DNA of 61,335 bases, the filler included, from an uncultured Rhodopirellula sp. (GTDB lineage: Bacteria; Planctomycetota; Planctomycetia; Pirellulales; Pirellulaceae): the NCBI GenBank assembly GCA_964007735.1. It is 6 parts of 6 records of this genome, joined end to end, with 100 filler letters (N's around TTAATTAATTAA, not from the genome) between each part and the next. Parts side by side here need not be neighbours in the genome. Positions count along the whole stretch, not along the records: positions 31,604 to 41,632 come from CAXGAI010000091.1; positions 41,733 to 51,742 come from CAXGAI010000092.1; 4 more parts are not named here. The stretch is one strand, 5' to 3'. The number at the start of each line of letters is the position of its first letter. Position 1 is the first letter of the stretch. Made by a program: the position numbers and the translations under genes. This document shows, in pieces, positions 39,896-50,882 of this stretch. The notes below the pieces were generated by a model. That model was not told where the DNA came from, did no database searches, and saw nothing but the letters and a program-made list of their open reading frames with translations.

Positions 39896-41005
39896 CTATT
39901 GCCACATGGTCCAAATGGTACCGTCACCGACATCGTATTCTTTCAATCGTCTTAACTCGCCACTCTCAGTGTCAATCCGATAGGTCACGATGGTGCCACT
40001 TTTCTGTCCCGCTACGACAAGATAGTTCCCGGTGCCGTCGATCGAGATGCTGCGTGGAAACCAGACGGTGGGGAATGTGCCGATCCGAGTTAGTTTTCCT
40101 TTGCTGTCGATCTTGAAGGCAGCAATCGAATCCTGATGACGGTCTCGTGTTTCAGTATCTCGATTGGAGACGTACGCGAAATTCCCATTGGGCGTGATCT
40201 TTATGTCCGCCGCCGCACTACTTCCGGTATATCCTTCCGGAAGGCTGGAAAGTGTTTGGGAGAGTGTAAGCATGCCGTTGCGAGTGTTAAGCTTGTAGCC
40301 ACTTATCCCTCCCCCCCGCTCATTGGAGGTATACGCCATATCTAGTGTGGGGTGAAAGGCGATATGGCGAGGCTGATGATATTGATGGTCTTCGTCCGGC
40401 CCGACCACCCAGGGCTGTTTTAAGGGAGTGAGTCTGCCCGTCTCGAGATTGAGACGATATTGGTACACTTTGTTCGGACTGGTATGAGGCACATATACGA
40501 ATTTTCCAGTTCGATCAAATTCGATGCAGTGAGCTGTTCTTTCAGTTTTGTGATGATCAATGTTTTCCCCAGTGATGAGTTGATCTTTGATTTTGTAGAC
40601 GTTGACTTCACCAGTCGCGTAGTGCGCGGTCATGGCAAAATTGCCTGTGGGGTCCACTTGAATATAAGGGGCACGTATGTCGATTTTCGCATAGGTTACC
40701 AGTTCGAGTTTCCCGTTGTTACCGATTTTAAGTGAGGCAATTGCACTGACAGTCTCATTCTTGGAGTCTTTGCCGGCCATCGCAGCATATAGGTACTTTC
40801 CACACGGAGAGAAACACATAGGACCAGGGGAAATAGGAAGCGTCGTGGTGTTAACGGCTGTTAACTCGCCCGTCTTTTCATTGAGTTGATAGGAAACAAT
40901 GTTTTTGTCGCTGATCGATGCCAGATACATGATCTGAGCACCGTTGGCTCGAGCAATATGGCTGCTTATCATGACCGCCAAAAAAGAGATGCAAAGAGAT
41001 TTCAT
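39896..41005 (-). CDS. Lactonase family protein (6-phosphogluconolactonase-like beta-propeller)
   Basis: AH....D, PRH..FHP...AY..NE, AADI.ITP.G.F.YVSNR, PR..I. Probable ATG at 41005. Confidence 0.85.
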   Translation of the reverse strand: MKSLCISFLAVMISSHIARANGAQIMYLASISDKNIVSYQLNEKTGELTAVNTTTLPISPGPMCFSPCGKYLYAAMAGKDSKNETVSAIASLKIGNNGKLELVTYAKIDIRAPYIQVDPTGNFAMTAHYATGEVNVYKIKDQLITGENIDHHKTERTAHCIEFDRTGKFVYVPHTSPNKVYQYRLNLETGRLTPLKQPWVVGPDEDHQYHQPRHIAFHPTLDMAYTSNERGGGISGYKLNTRNGMLTLSQTLSSLPEGYTGSSAAADIKITPNGNFAYVSNRDTETRDRHQDSIAAFKIDSKGKLTRIGTFPTVWFPRSISIDGTGNYLVVAGQKSGTIVTYRIDTESGELRRLKEYDVGDGTIWTMWQ

Positions 41006-41009
41006 GGTT

Positions 41010-41632
41010 CTATTTCCTGATTTGTAATTGATCAAATAGTCGGTCATTGAGTGTGTAAGATTTGAGTTCCAATGTTCCGCCATTGATATGTACCATCACA
41101 TAGTGATGTCCTCGGCGAACGTTGTTTTGGAAAAATGGCCGGGTGGGAGCTGGTGTTTCCAGTCCGCCTCCACCTCCACCGGTAATCATGTAAAACGGTG
41201 CATTTGATTCTACAGCTTTCCCCTTTCGGATTCTCCACGTCCTTTCATATGAGTGGATGTGTCCATTCCATACAATGTCGACCCCGTGTTCTTCATATAA
41301 GGGCACCAATTGCCTTGCTCTCAAGTCTCCCTGAGTACCCTTGTTCGTTTTCCATAAATTACCGTAATCATTTTCGTCCGATGAATAAGGAGGGTGGTGA
41401 TGACAAACGAATTTCCATTTGGTGTTCGATTCAGCAAGGGATGTTTTTAGCCATTCATACTGCTCGCTTCCCGGTTCCACTTTTTGATTCGTGTCGATCA
41501 TGAAGAACTGACAGTTTCCATAGGTGAAGGTATAGAAATACTCTGGTGACGGAAGTGACACATAGTTGTAATAGTGTTCTGCGTTTTGCTCATGATTACC
41601 TAAAACAGGATAAAAAGGGACATGATTGATTA
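41010..41632 (-). CDS. Metallophosphoesterase (purple acid phosphatase-like), C-terminal part
   Basis: GNHE (read at 41589-41600), HHPPYSS, GHIHSYER, TGGGG; 5' end lost at the linker. Confidence 0.85.
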
Positions 41633-41732
41633 NNNNNNNNNNNNNNNNNNNNNNNNNNNNNNNNNNNNNNNNNNNNTTAATTAATTAANNNNNNNNNNNN
41701 NNNNNNNNNNNNNNNNNNNNNNNNNNNNNNNN
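41633..41732. other. Artificial contig linker
   Basis: N44-TTAATTAATTAA-N44. Confidence 0.98.
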
Positions 41733-43131
41733 TGTCACCACCAAGTTCGGTCGTAACGATCTTTCCATCCACAATTCGAGCGTTCGCCGCATCTTCGGGC
41801 AATTCGCCCAAAGAAATGAACTGGGTATCCCGGGCAAGATTAGAGACACTCTTCAAAGTACTTCGCATGAGAAATAGTAGCGCGAAGCAGGTATCCATAG
41901 CAGGACCTGAGACTTGCCCCTGAGCAGGCCCATTGAACGAACCGTCCTCCCTTAATTTTTGTTGTGCCTCGAGAAACGCCAGTCCCTTGGAATACCACGG
42001 CGGCTCCGCCAAGAGCGATTGTTCGTTCGCAAGCGCCCGAAATGTTTCGTACCGCTCGTAAATATACAGAGAGTAGTACAGCCAGCGCGTTGGCTCCTGG
42101 TCATTCAGGCCAATTCCAATCGCTCGGTTCTTAAAAATGTTTTGATAGAACTGCTTTCGCCCCGAAAGGTTGCTAAAGCGAAAATGCTTAGCAAACCAAC
42201 TGTCAGTCAACTTCAAAGACTGCATGAGATACCCTCGGTCAACTCGGTCGGTCAGCGGATTCGCAGCAAATTTATCATCGTCAGTCTTTAATTTAATCGC
42301 ACTACTAACGGTTGATTTCTTCTTAGCTTGGGTTTTTGGCTTCTGATTAATGAACTGCAAAGTCCCTGCGAGAATATAAAGACTGGAAGCACCACACGCC
42401 GCATCGGATTGATGGCCCCACGAATTATCACCACCGGTTTCACCCTTAACTTCCTGAGAAATGCGACGGAAGACTCCGGGGTCATTACCGTGATACCCCC
42501 ACGCACCGTCGGGAGCCTGAGTTCTCAAGAACCAATTTGTCGCATCAGCAAGTGTCGAAGTCTGGACCTCAAACCCACGATTCTTAGCCATCCACAAAGC
42601 CAAGGCTACAAACTGAGTGACCGAGTTATCACCTTCCTTGGGATTGGATCCGGGATATCCCCAGGATCCGTTTTTCTTTTGGCCATCCTGAATCAACTTA
42701 ATTAATTGGGCTATTTCACCGCGGTGAGCATCGGGGTCTGTATCGAGAAAAAAAATGGCCGCCAGAGCTGCTGTGTAGTATTTCTTTTCTTGAGTATAGT
42801 TTGCTTGAGAAATATCCTTCAGAGCTTGTAAAGCACGTTCACGACCTGCTACCACTTTCGGATGATTCTTACCACCGGGGATTTGATAAATATCGTGATA
42901 CTTATAAACCGTGTAGCCGACCAGAATATGACCGTACGCTGCTGGAGACATTTGAGGAGCCCCGGTGAGATCACTTTCGAGAAACTGAATCCCCTTATCA
43001 ACGATGGCCCTGACACGCCCAGACTTCACAAATTCCTGAGCTTCTATACCCGGTAGGCTTACCACAAGCAATAGTAAAGCAAAAACGACAATCCGCCGCT
43101 CATTCATAATTCTGCATTCCGTATTAGACAA
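41733..43131 (-). CDS. Exported prenyltransferase/squalene-oxidase-repeat (alpha/alpha toroid) protein, 3'-truncated
   Basis: Q...GSWGY, D.S.TQF..LAL, Q..DGAWGY, YY.LY..ER, T.FALLFL. Probable start at 43107. Confidence 0.7.
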
Positions 43132-43383
43132 GCTTGTGTAATGGAAAATATATCGGCATTACCTTTAAATAGACGGTATGAATTACCTATTTTCCTTAAC
43201 GAATATTAGACATTAGGATGGGGGTGTCAAGCAACCTACCGAGCACCCTTAGAAGCCTATATTGCCGAGAGTTTTTTAGAAATCAAAGCATTCTGTGGGG
43301 TTGCCGCCAGAGATTAATTGCTTTAACCTACTTTTTCATGAATCCTTTGCCGATAGAGCAGAGTATTGTGATATTTCAACCTT

Positions 43384-43456
43384 GGTCGGGTAGCTCAGTT
43401 GGTAGAGCATCGGATTGAAAATCCGAGTGTCGGCGGTTCGAGCCCGCCCCCGACCA
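43384..43456 (+). tRNA. tRNA-Phe (GAA)
   Basis: Acceptor GGTCGGG/CCCGACC-A, D-arm AGCTCAGTTGGTAGAGC, anticodon arm TCGGA-TTGAAAA-TCCGA, GGTTCGAGCCC. Confidence 0.97.
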
Positions 43457-43463
43457 CTTCGAC

Positions 43464-43494
43464 GACCTGCTGGCAATCAGCAGGTCTTTTTTTT
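43464..43494 (+). terminator. Intrinsic terminator after tRNA-Phe
   Basis: GACCTGCTG-gcaat-CAGCAGGTC-T8. Confidence 0.88.
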
Positions 43495-43515
43495 GGCCAA
43501 ACCATTGCTGGTTAG

Positions 43516-44619
43516 TCACTTAGGCGGAAAGAAGTTTTTGTAGAGGTGCTCAGCTAGCAACCGATTCACCATTTCATTTGCATGTCCGTCTAGAGCATTG
43601 ACCGTAATCTCCTTGGGCGAAAAGCCTGATAATAAGTCTGCCATATTCACCACCGGGACTCCCTGCCGCTCAAAAAAATCAGCGACCTTATCCGACATAG
43701 AACGCGTGGCTGCGATGTCTTTGAGATTAGGGTAAACAATTACAATCAGCTTGCGGGCTGATGAAGTTTCCTCCACGATGTTTAATTCACCACGATGCTG
43801 CAATTCAATCACTTGCTGTAGCTGCTGACGATGATGCTGCCAAACCATTTCATTGGAATAGCATTCCTGCAAATATGCCAAATACTGCTGACCAATTTCC
43901 TGAGCATAAGCAGTACGTAAGACTCCCCAGTATAAAAAATTGGCGAAGTGATAATGATCCACGATTGAATTTAAATATCTTGGAGCCGCTAAATAAATCG
44001 TAGGACGAGTGATTCCAAGTGCCGCTCCTGACTCTTCGATGTCGTTGAGATAGTACTGCCAAATCAATACACCACCTTGCTCGTCTCGTTGATTCGATAT
44101 TTCCGAGTAGACTTCAATCTGCTTGCCGGTTGACCAACCTCCTTTTGCCAGCAAAATCAGATCCCACTGATATTGAAGAAGAGTCTCCAATACATTGGCA
44201 TAACGATCCTGAAAGTTATTAATACCATGGCCTGCGGTAAAACTGTCGCCCACTACATATAAAGCCGGCCTACCGGAGAAAATATGTTCTTCATCTCGCA
44301 AACCAAGCGAGTTGTTCGGCAGAGACCCATATCTCGCTCGCCAATTATCGTGCATTTTAGTTTGCCCGAAACCGTCCGAGACAGCCACATGGTTGTAGAA
44401 GTAATATTCAAACCCGCCAAAAAGGTACAAAAGCGAGGCCAACGACAGGCTTAACTTTAGAAATAAGCCTCGAATGCGACCGCCTGAAACCCAAACTCGC
44501 CGATATAACGCCCAAACTAAGATCGGGTAGATAACCAGAATACATATCAGTATTAAATGGGCAGACATAAGCGTCATATTACCAGCAGATAACATCGTTA
44601 GCTTTGCTAGACAGAGCAA
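43516..44619 (-). CDS. Membrane-anchored SGNH/GDSL hydrolase-like protein
   Basis: Two N-terminal TM segments, N..G.RD, GDSFT.G, YYLND, D.H.N. Start uncertain (44577 is plausible). Confidence 0.75.
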   Translation of the reverse strand: MLCLAKLTMLSAGNMTLMSAHLILICILVIYPILVWALYRRVWVSGGRIRGLFLKLSLSLASLLYLFGGFEYYFYNHVAVSDGFGQTKMHDNWRARYGSLPNNSLGLRDEEHIFSGRPALYVVGDSFTAGHGINNFQDRYANVLETLLQYQWDLILLAKGGWSTGKQIEVYSEISNQRDEQGGVLIWQYYLNDIEESGAALGITRPTIYLAAPRYLNSIVDHYHFANFLYWGVLRTAYAQEIGQQYLAYLQECYSNEMVWQHHRQQLQQVIELQHRGELNIVEETSSARKLIVIVYPNLKDIAATRSMSDKVADFFERQGVPVVNMADLLSGFSPKEITVNALDGHANEMVNRLLAEHLYKNFFPPK

Positions 44620-44637
44620 TCGACATTGTGATTACAT

Positions 44638-44673
44638 AAAAAAAGCGACGTTCTTTCGAGGAACGCCGCTTTT
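44638..44673 (-). terminator. Intrinsic terminator after the HU gene
   Basis: Minus strand AAAAGCGGCGTTCC-tcga-AAGAACGTCGCTTTTTTT. Confidence 0.8.
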
Positions 44674-44693
44674 CGGTTAGCTATACCAAAACT

Positions 44694-45050
44694 TTAGAAG
44701 CCTGGAGATGCTGGTGGAGCTGCCGGAGCATCACCTGGCTGACCAGCCATGTCTTTTAGGCCTTTCAACGGTCGTACCTTGACCACGCGGCGAGCTGGTT
44801 TAGCAGCTACATCCATCGTTTCACCCGGGCGGAATGGGTTAGGTACACCAAATCGAGCTGGTTGAGCTTCTTTGTTCTGCACAACGATTTTACACAAACC
44901 AGGAATTGTGAATGGAGTTTCACCATCACTGATTGTGTCACCGATCATGCCTGCAAGTGCATCTAACACTGCAGTTACTTCTTTTTTGTTGAGACCAGAC
45001 TTTTCAGCAACGGTATTCAAAACAGCTGTTTTTGTTGGCGCCTTAGCCAT
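44694..45050 (-). CDS. HU family DNA-binding protein
   Basis: TK......VAE..GL.KK.V, F.IPGL.K, NPF.PGE...V.AKPA...VK..PLK.LKD; AAGGAGG before the ATG at 45050. Confidence 0.9.
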   Translation of the reverse strand: MAKAPTKTAVLNTVAEKSGLNKKEVTAVLDALAGMIGDTISDGETPFTIPGLCKIVVQNKEAQPARFGVPNPFRPGETMDVAAKPARRVVKVRPLKGLKDMAGQPGDAPAAPPASPGF

Positions 45051-45643
45051 GTATCTAATCCTCCTTGAAAGGAAATACAATGATGTTGAGTCGTTTACCG
45101 ACTTTAGTTATCAGTTTGTTAAATTGTTAAACCTGCCGATTATTAGGCCGTTTTTATACAAGAATTGCAATAGTAATGCGTATAAAACCCAAAAAACAAT
45201 GCTTTCATATACCACCTAGGAAATAGTTCGAATTCAAGGTTCGAATAAATTGGACAAACAATACACTTGGTCGAATTCATTCGTCTGAAGGGGAAATGGT
45301 TAGGAACAGCTGGTTCTTATACATCCAAACCAACCTTGAGACCGCTAACGAGACCTTAGTAGCTAATAAGTCTCGGACAAGCAAGCTAAATGCATCGGCA
45401 ATGAACCCTAATAGTTCCTTAAACACTATGAAACAAGTGTTTTTGACTATAAATTGAGGTTCCGTAGATCTGGAAAGCCTCTTTGATCAATAAGAAGCAA
45501 AATAGGGAATTATCCTTGCAACAACTATCAACACGAGATTTTTAGAGCGAAAATGCTTACAATTGCCTTGTACCGATATTAATAGTTAGAGATAGTCAGA
45601 ATCAGGTCAACACCGCCCCCAATACAGGTTAAAACCAAGCTGA

Positions 45644-48600
45644 TTGGCCGCTCTGATATTTTCACAAAATTCTTCGAATTTTAGGGGTTTCAGGATGAAA
45701 CAACCTCTTCAGTTAACTAATTCAAAACAACAACTGCCAGACATTATGAAGAAGCTTGATCTTATCAAGCCATTGATCACGATGTTTTTCGTATCCGTCT
45801 TCACGGTCACCTTTCATAGTGACTTAGACGCACAGGAGCCCACTGCCAGTGTATTTCTGCCAGCGCCTCGTGTTGTCAAACAGCACTTAACTCGGGCAAA
45901 GAAAGCAATCGACGAAGGGCAATTCAGTGATGCCGTTTCTCACCTAGGAACGATACTCACCGAAACCTTTGATGAGGAAGTCCTTCCGGGAACAACGCCG
46001 GATGCCGCCAGGGGTGATATCGACGAAAATCAGGATTACTTCGTTGAGTTAGAAGAATCTCCAGGAACATTTGTGAGTCTCAAAGGAGAAGCACAACGTC
46101 TTTTAGGGAGCCTCCCGTCCAACGCTTTAGAACTCTATGAGCTCCAGTACGGCACTGAAGCCACTCAGATCTTAAATTCGGCACTTGAATCGGGTAAGCT
46201 TTCTCAGCTAACCGAAGTAACTCGGAAATACTTCCATACGCAAGCCGGGTACGAGTCAGCAATTCTGTTGGCATACCAAGACTTAGATGGCGGTAAGCCC
46301 TTGGCAGCAGCACTGAACTTCCAAAGAGTGCACAACACTCCGGGGGCTCGGAAAAAGTATGACCCCGAGTTGTCATTGGTTTTGGCAACCTGTTGGCTAC
46401 ACGCTCAACTTCCCAATAAAGCTTCCGAAACACTGCTAGAGTTAAGGAATGGGCTCCCTGAAGCGTCATTTGAAATTGGTGGAGAGCGACGCCCGATTTT
46501 CACGAAGGAAGAAAATCCCGTCGATTGGCTCAACGCTTTAGCGGGTAAAGGCCAAATCATATCGATCAACGACAATATCGAGTGGGTCCTTTTCCGAGGT
46601 TCCCCCAATCGAAATGCCATCAGTCAGGGTGGTGTCCCACTACCTTCGATTCGCTGGCGGGTACCAACAGGTGCCGACCGGTTAGATGAAGGTCATCTCC
46701 AGTCATTGATTCAGTCTCAACAATTACAACAGCAACATGCCATTTCCTCTGTTCAACCCTTAATCGTAGGAAACACGGTCATCACTCGTAGCCCTTCACG
46801 AGTGCTAGCCATCGACTTTGATTCGGGGAAGCGTCTCTGGGAATTCCCTTGGTTCGATTCAGAAGACGAAGAAAGTCTACTTGAAACATCCACTCAAAAT
46901 GTTGGGACGGCAGACATTAGTCGCAAAAACGAACTTCAACAGCGTCTGATGCAGGACCATGCATTCGGTCAGGTTTGTAGCGATGGTAAACAAGTATTCG
47001 CTTTGTGGGATCTTGAAATCGTAAAAAAGACGAACAGCCGGAGTTTTGTTTTCAACCCGCGTGCTGCCAACGTTGGTGGCCCTAGCTCTTCAAACAAACT
47101 TGTTGCTCTCGACCTTGAAACCGAAGGCTCGCTCAACTGGATCGTAGGCGGCGAAAGCGGGGAAGATGACCCGGACTTAGCCGGGGTTTTCTTCTTAGGC
47201 CCACCCCTACCACTTTATGAAGATCTTTACGCCATCGGTGAGAAGAATGGCGAAATCCGGTTACTCGTTCTCAATGCCAAAACGGGCAAACTCAAGTGGC
47301 AACAACAGCTAGCTCACGTTGACAATCGAAAAATCACTCTGGACTCGAATCGACGATTAGCCAGCGCTTCCCCCTCATTTGCCGATGGTGTTCTGGTTTG
47401 TCCAACTTCGGCCGGTGCCATCGTTGCTGTCGACATTTCTTCACGTACACTCTTGTGGGGTTACACCTATGTAAATCGCAATTTAAGCCAGACTCGCCGA
47501 TTGAACGGAATCCCTTACAACAATGGGGACAACAAGAAACAACAATGGATAGATTCAACGATCACCATCTCCGATGGTAACGTCGTTGCCACTCCTCCGG
47601 AAAACGACAATCTTATTTGCCTCAACCTCTTAACTGGCAGGCCACGCTGGAAACCCATCGCGCGTTCGGGGGATCTTTATATTGGCTGTATTATTGACAA
47701 CATCGCATTGGTGATTGGGAAGAATAAAATCTCCTCGATTTCACTGGAAACAGGGGAAGGTGTCTGGGAGGAAGAAGTGTTACTCGAACAGGGTGTCGTC
47801 AATGGACGGGGATTTCGATCAGAAGAAACCTACTTTATCCCAGTTTCCAATAAACAACTTCTGCAAATTGATATCAAAACAGGTAAGAGGCTGAAAACAA
47901 TTGAATTAAACGAACCTTTTGGAAATTTGGTTTGCTTTAACGATCAAGTCATCTCTCAAACACCTGATGCCATTTCGGTTTACTACCAACTCGAGCCCCT
48001 GCGTGAAGAAGTTACCCGGCGACTAGCCGCAAATGGCGAAGACATCTGGGCTTTGTCACGGCATTCGGAACTTCAACTGCAGGAAGGTAACTACGACGCT
48101 GCATTAACAACGCTACGAAAGTCCATGCAACTTGCGCCGGACGATTTGGCCATCGAGCAGCTGTTGGTTCGCACGATGTTGCACCTTCTTCGGCAGGATT
48201 ATGCAACCTACAAAACCCTGCTTGCTGAATTAGAAGCACTCCCGTTAACAATTCAGCAGGTCGAAAATCTGTTGCAAACAAAGGCCGCAGGTCAACGTAT
48301 CACGGGCGAAATAATCGCCGCTTTCGACACGTACCTGCAACTGATTGATCATACGCGACAATCCGAAGAGGCGGGTGCAAACATTAATGAAATACTCAAA
48401 CTAACGCCTCAGGGTGTTCACGTGCGCACAGACCGTTGGGTGCAGGGCCAGATGCGAGCACTCCTGGAAGCCGGCAACGAACAACAGCGAACGGAGATAG
48501 AATCTCGAATTTCTCAATACCTCAACGAAGCCGTGGAACAAGAGGATACCCTGCGTCTGCGGGACTTCACCAGGTTTTTTGGGACGCATGCTTTGGCCGA

Positions 48601-50593
48601 CACAGCACGAATTGAACTGGCCTCGGCTTTGGTCAATTCGGAGTCAAGTTACATTCAGGAAACGATCGAGGCCGAATTATTGTTAGTCACCTTACAACTC
48701 AATTCCAACGACGAAGAAATCCAACGACGCTGTCACGTTGGACTCGGCAAACTCTACGAAATGGTCGGGCGGTATCAGGACGCTTATAGCACGTATTCGA
48801 CGATCAAAAATCGATGGCCGGCAAAAATAGTGGACGGTGAATTAACCGGGGAGCAATTTGTTACCCAACGTCTGGAAGCGAAACACTTTGAATCAATTAC
48901 CAATGCCAGCACTAGCTGGCCACTCGGGTTTACCAGTGTCGAAAAGACAACTGACACGGAAGGTAGATTCCCCAGTTATCAACGAATCTACAACATTCCT
49001 ATCAAGGAGATCCATGGGCCCTGGCCGTCCGGATATACGGTTGGTTATGACCAGCAAAAAAATGCTATCGCTATCCGTGCCGCAAGCGGCCAGATCGTTC
49101 AGGAAGTTTCACTTAACACAGGACGTCAGGTCTTTGGCACACAGTATACCGTAGCCTATGCCAAGCTCTATGGTCATTACATGTTTACCTTCATTGGGCG
49201 TGAAGTACTGGCCATCGATCTACTCAACGGCAGTAACGATCCTAGTGAAGCGATTTTGTGGCGCAAACCAATCCTGCCAACCAACACCAGCGGATCCGTC
49301 TCCATCCCTCTGCGTTCCCGAGTCACCACCACTCCCTGGGGAACTCGACGTTATAACGCTGTCGATACCGCAGGTAACAAACTGGGCCTTTCCGGAGGCA
49401 TTAACCTGAATGGAATCGTCTATCAACAACAAGGCGACCTTTATTGCGTTGACCCGATCACAGGAGAAACCATCTGGATTCGCAACGGTATTCAAGCCGG
49501 AAGTGAAATCTACACCGAAGGCAATCGCATCATTGTCATCCCACCCAATTCGGCTGTAGCGACGGAATACAGCCTGACGGATGGGTCAGAAATCCAGCAG
49601 GTCGAAGGAATCAATCGTTCAGAACGCTGGCCTATAGAAGGCTTCAAGTCACTGATTTATCAGTTAACCGGTACGGATATCATGATAGGCCTACAGGATG
49701 TTTCCAACGGTGAGATGCTTTGGCAGCAAACGTATGCGACAGGCTTGCGAGGACAAATCTTAGGAACCCACTTAGCCTTAATGCAACCAACAGGTAAATT
49801 TGAAATTCGCGACCTGTTGACAGGCAAACCTGTCATCGAGAAAAAACTCCCCGAAGAACCTCAAATGACCAATCTGTATGTCATTGAATATGACGATCAG
49901 TATTTGGTCATTCCTAATCGAAGTGCAACATTGCGAGGAATCACGATACCTTCAATCGGTATGCAAACCCGTCTTATTAACGGAAGTATTTATGCTCTGG
50001 ATGCCCATTCGGGTGAATTTTTATGGCAAACCCCAGCCTCCGTCGAAGGCTGGGCGTTACCCTTATCACAATCACCCGATTCGCCCATTCTGGCATTTAT
50101 CCGTCAACTCAATCCAACCTCCACTCAGAACAGAACCAGTGGGAGTATTCGCTCCGAAGTGTTCTGTATGGACAAACGTGACGGGCGCATGCTGATGCCA
50201 CCTCGTGAAATCCCAGGATACATTCGTATCTTCAACGTGATTTCGGATCCTGAGCACCAAGAGGTAACGGTTGTGGTAGACAAGAACCACGTCTTCAAGT
50301 TCAAAATAACCAATGAACCAACGTGGCCTGCCGCACCGCTACGTATGCACGCGCAGAGTTCTGGCGGCAGAAATGGATCAGCCAATGCCTTTGCCAAAGG
50401 GTTCTTTGAAGCATTTGGTCAGGTAGGTAAAGCGGTCGAACAACGTAATCAAAATAAAGTGCAAAAACAGATACCCGGCGTGCCGATTAAGCCGGTACCT
50501 AAACCTGTTCCAATTAAGCCGGTACCTAAACCTGTTCCAATTAAACCGGTACCGGAAAAGAAGGCTGTACCGGACGCCAAACCACCTAAATAG
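45644..50593 (+). CDS. Very large exported protein with PQQ-like beta-propellers and TPR-like helical segments
   Basis: 1649-aa ORF; repeated A.D..TG...W blades, W..FRG...RN, Pro/Lys-rich tail. Real start probably 45695 or 45746. Confidence 0.8.
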   Translation: MAALIFSQNSSNFRGFRMKQPLQLTNSKQQLPDIMKKLDLIKPLITMFFVSVFTVTFHSDLDAQEPTASVFLPAPRVVKQHLTRAKKAIDEGQFSDAVSHLGTILTETFDEEVLPGTTPDAARGDIDENQDYFVELEESPGTFVSLKGEAQRLLGSLPSNALELYELQYGTEATQILNSALESGKLSQLTEVTRKYFHTQAGYESAILLAYQDLDGGKPLAAALNFQRVHNTPGARKKYDPELSLVLATCWLHAQLPNKASETLLELRNGLPEASFEIGGERRPIFTKEENPVDWLNALAGKGQIISINDNIEWVLFRGSPNRNAISQGGVPLPSIRWRVPTGADRLDEGHLQSLIQSQQLQQQHAISSVQPLIVGNTVITRSPSRVLAIDFDSGKRLWEFPWFDSEDEESLLETSTQNVGTADISRKNELQQRLMQDHAFGQVCSDGKQVFALWDLEIVKKTNSRSFVFNPRAANVGGPSSSNKLVALDLETEGSLNWIVGGESGEDDPDLAGVFFLGPPLPLYEDLYAIGEKNGEIRLLVLNAKTGKLKWQQQLAHVDNRKITLDSNRRLASASPSFADGVLVCPTSAGAIVAVDISSRTLLWGYTYVNRNLSQTRRLNGIPYNNGDNKKQQWIDSTITISDGNVVATPPENDNLICLNLLTGRPRWKPIARSGDLYIGCIIDNIALVIGKNKISSISLETGEGVWEEEVLLEQGVVNGRGFRSEETYFIPVSNKQLLQIDIKTGKRLKTIELNEPFGNLVCFNDQVISQTPDAISVYYQLEPLREEVTRRLAANGEDIWALSRHSELQLQEGNYDAALTTLRKSMQLAPDDLAIEQLLVRTMLHLLRQDYATYKTLLAELEALPLTIQQVENLLQTKAAGQRITGEIIAAFDTYLQLIDHTRQSEEAGANINEILKLTPQGVHVRTDRWVQGQMRALLEAGNEQQRTEIESRISQYLNEAVEQEDTLRLRDFTRFFGTHALADTARIELASALVNSESSYIQETIEAELLLVTLQLNSNDEEIQRRCHVGLGKLYEMVGRYQDAYSTYSTIKNRWPAKIVDGELTGEQFVTQRLEAKHFESITNASTSWPLGFTSVEKTTDTEGRFPSYQRIYNIPIKEIHGPWPSGYTVGYDQQKNAIAIRAASGQIVQEVSLNTGRQVFGTQYTVAYAKLYGHYMFTFIGREVLAIDLLNGSNDPSEAILWRKPILPTNTSGSVSIPLRSRVTTTPWGTRRYNAVDTAGNKLGLSGGINLNGIVYQQQGDLYCVDPITGETIWIRNGIQAGSEIYTEGNRIIVIPPNSAVATEYSLTDGSEIQQVEGINRSERWPIEGFKSLIYQLTGTDIMIGLQDVSNGEMLWQQTYATGLRGQILGTHLALMQPTGKFEIRDLLTGKPVIEKKLPEEPQMTNLYVIEYDDQYLVIPNRSATLRGITIPSIGMQTRLINGSIYALDAHSGEFLWQTPASVEGWALPLSQSPDSPILAFIRQLNPTSTQNRTSGSIRSEVFCMDKRDGRMLMPPREIPGYIRIFNVISDPEHQEVTVVVDKNHVFKFKITNEPTWPAAPLRMHAQSSGGRNGSANAFAKGFFEAFGQVGKAVEQRNQNKVQKQIPGVPIKPVPKPVPIKPVPKPVPIKPVPEKKAVPDAKPPK
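50483..50553 (+). repeat. 27-nt tandem repeat (about 2.6 copies) encoding PIKPVPKPV
   Basis: CC(G/A)ATTAAGCCGGTACCTAAACCTGTT x2 plus a partial third copy. Confidence 0.9.
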
Positions 50594-50882
50594 TTCATCC
50601 AAAGTCCTTCAGACTCACAGGTCACGCTCGCTGAGCATACACCTGAAATTGATCAGAAGAACTTATCTTGTTATTTCAGTTCGAGCCTCACTTTTCTGAA
50701 GCCTTAAATTAGTCCATTTGATTTGTTAATTATGCGCTTGGGGTAAGCGCATTTTTTGGACAAAAAGATTATCTTTAATAATCTCTTCACACTGCATTGT
50801 TGGCAGTCATAAGGAAACGAGGCATTGCACGGCAGAAAAATTGTCGAGCGTCAACTAATTAACTGGAAGGAAACCGGATACC

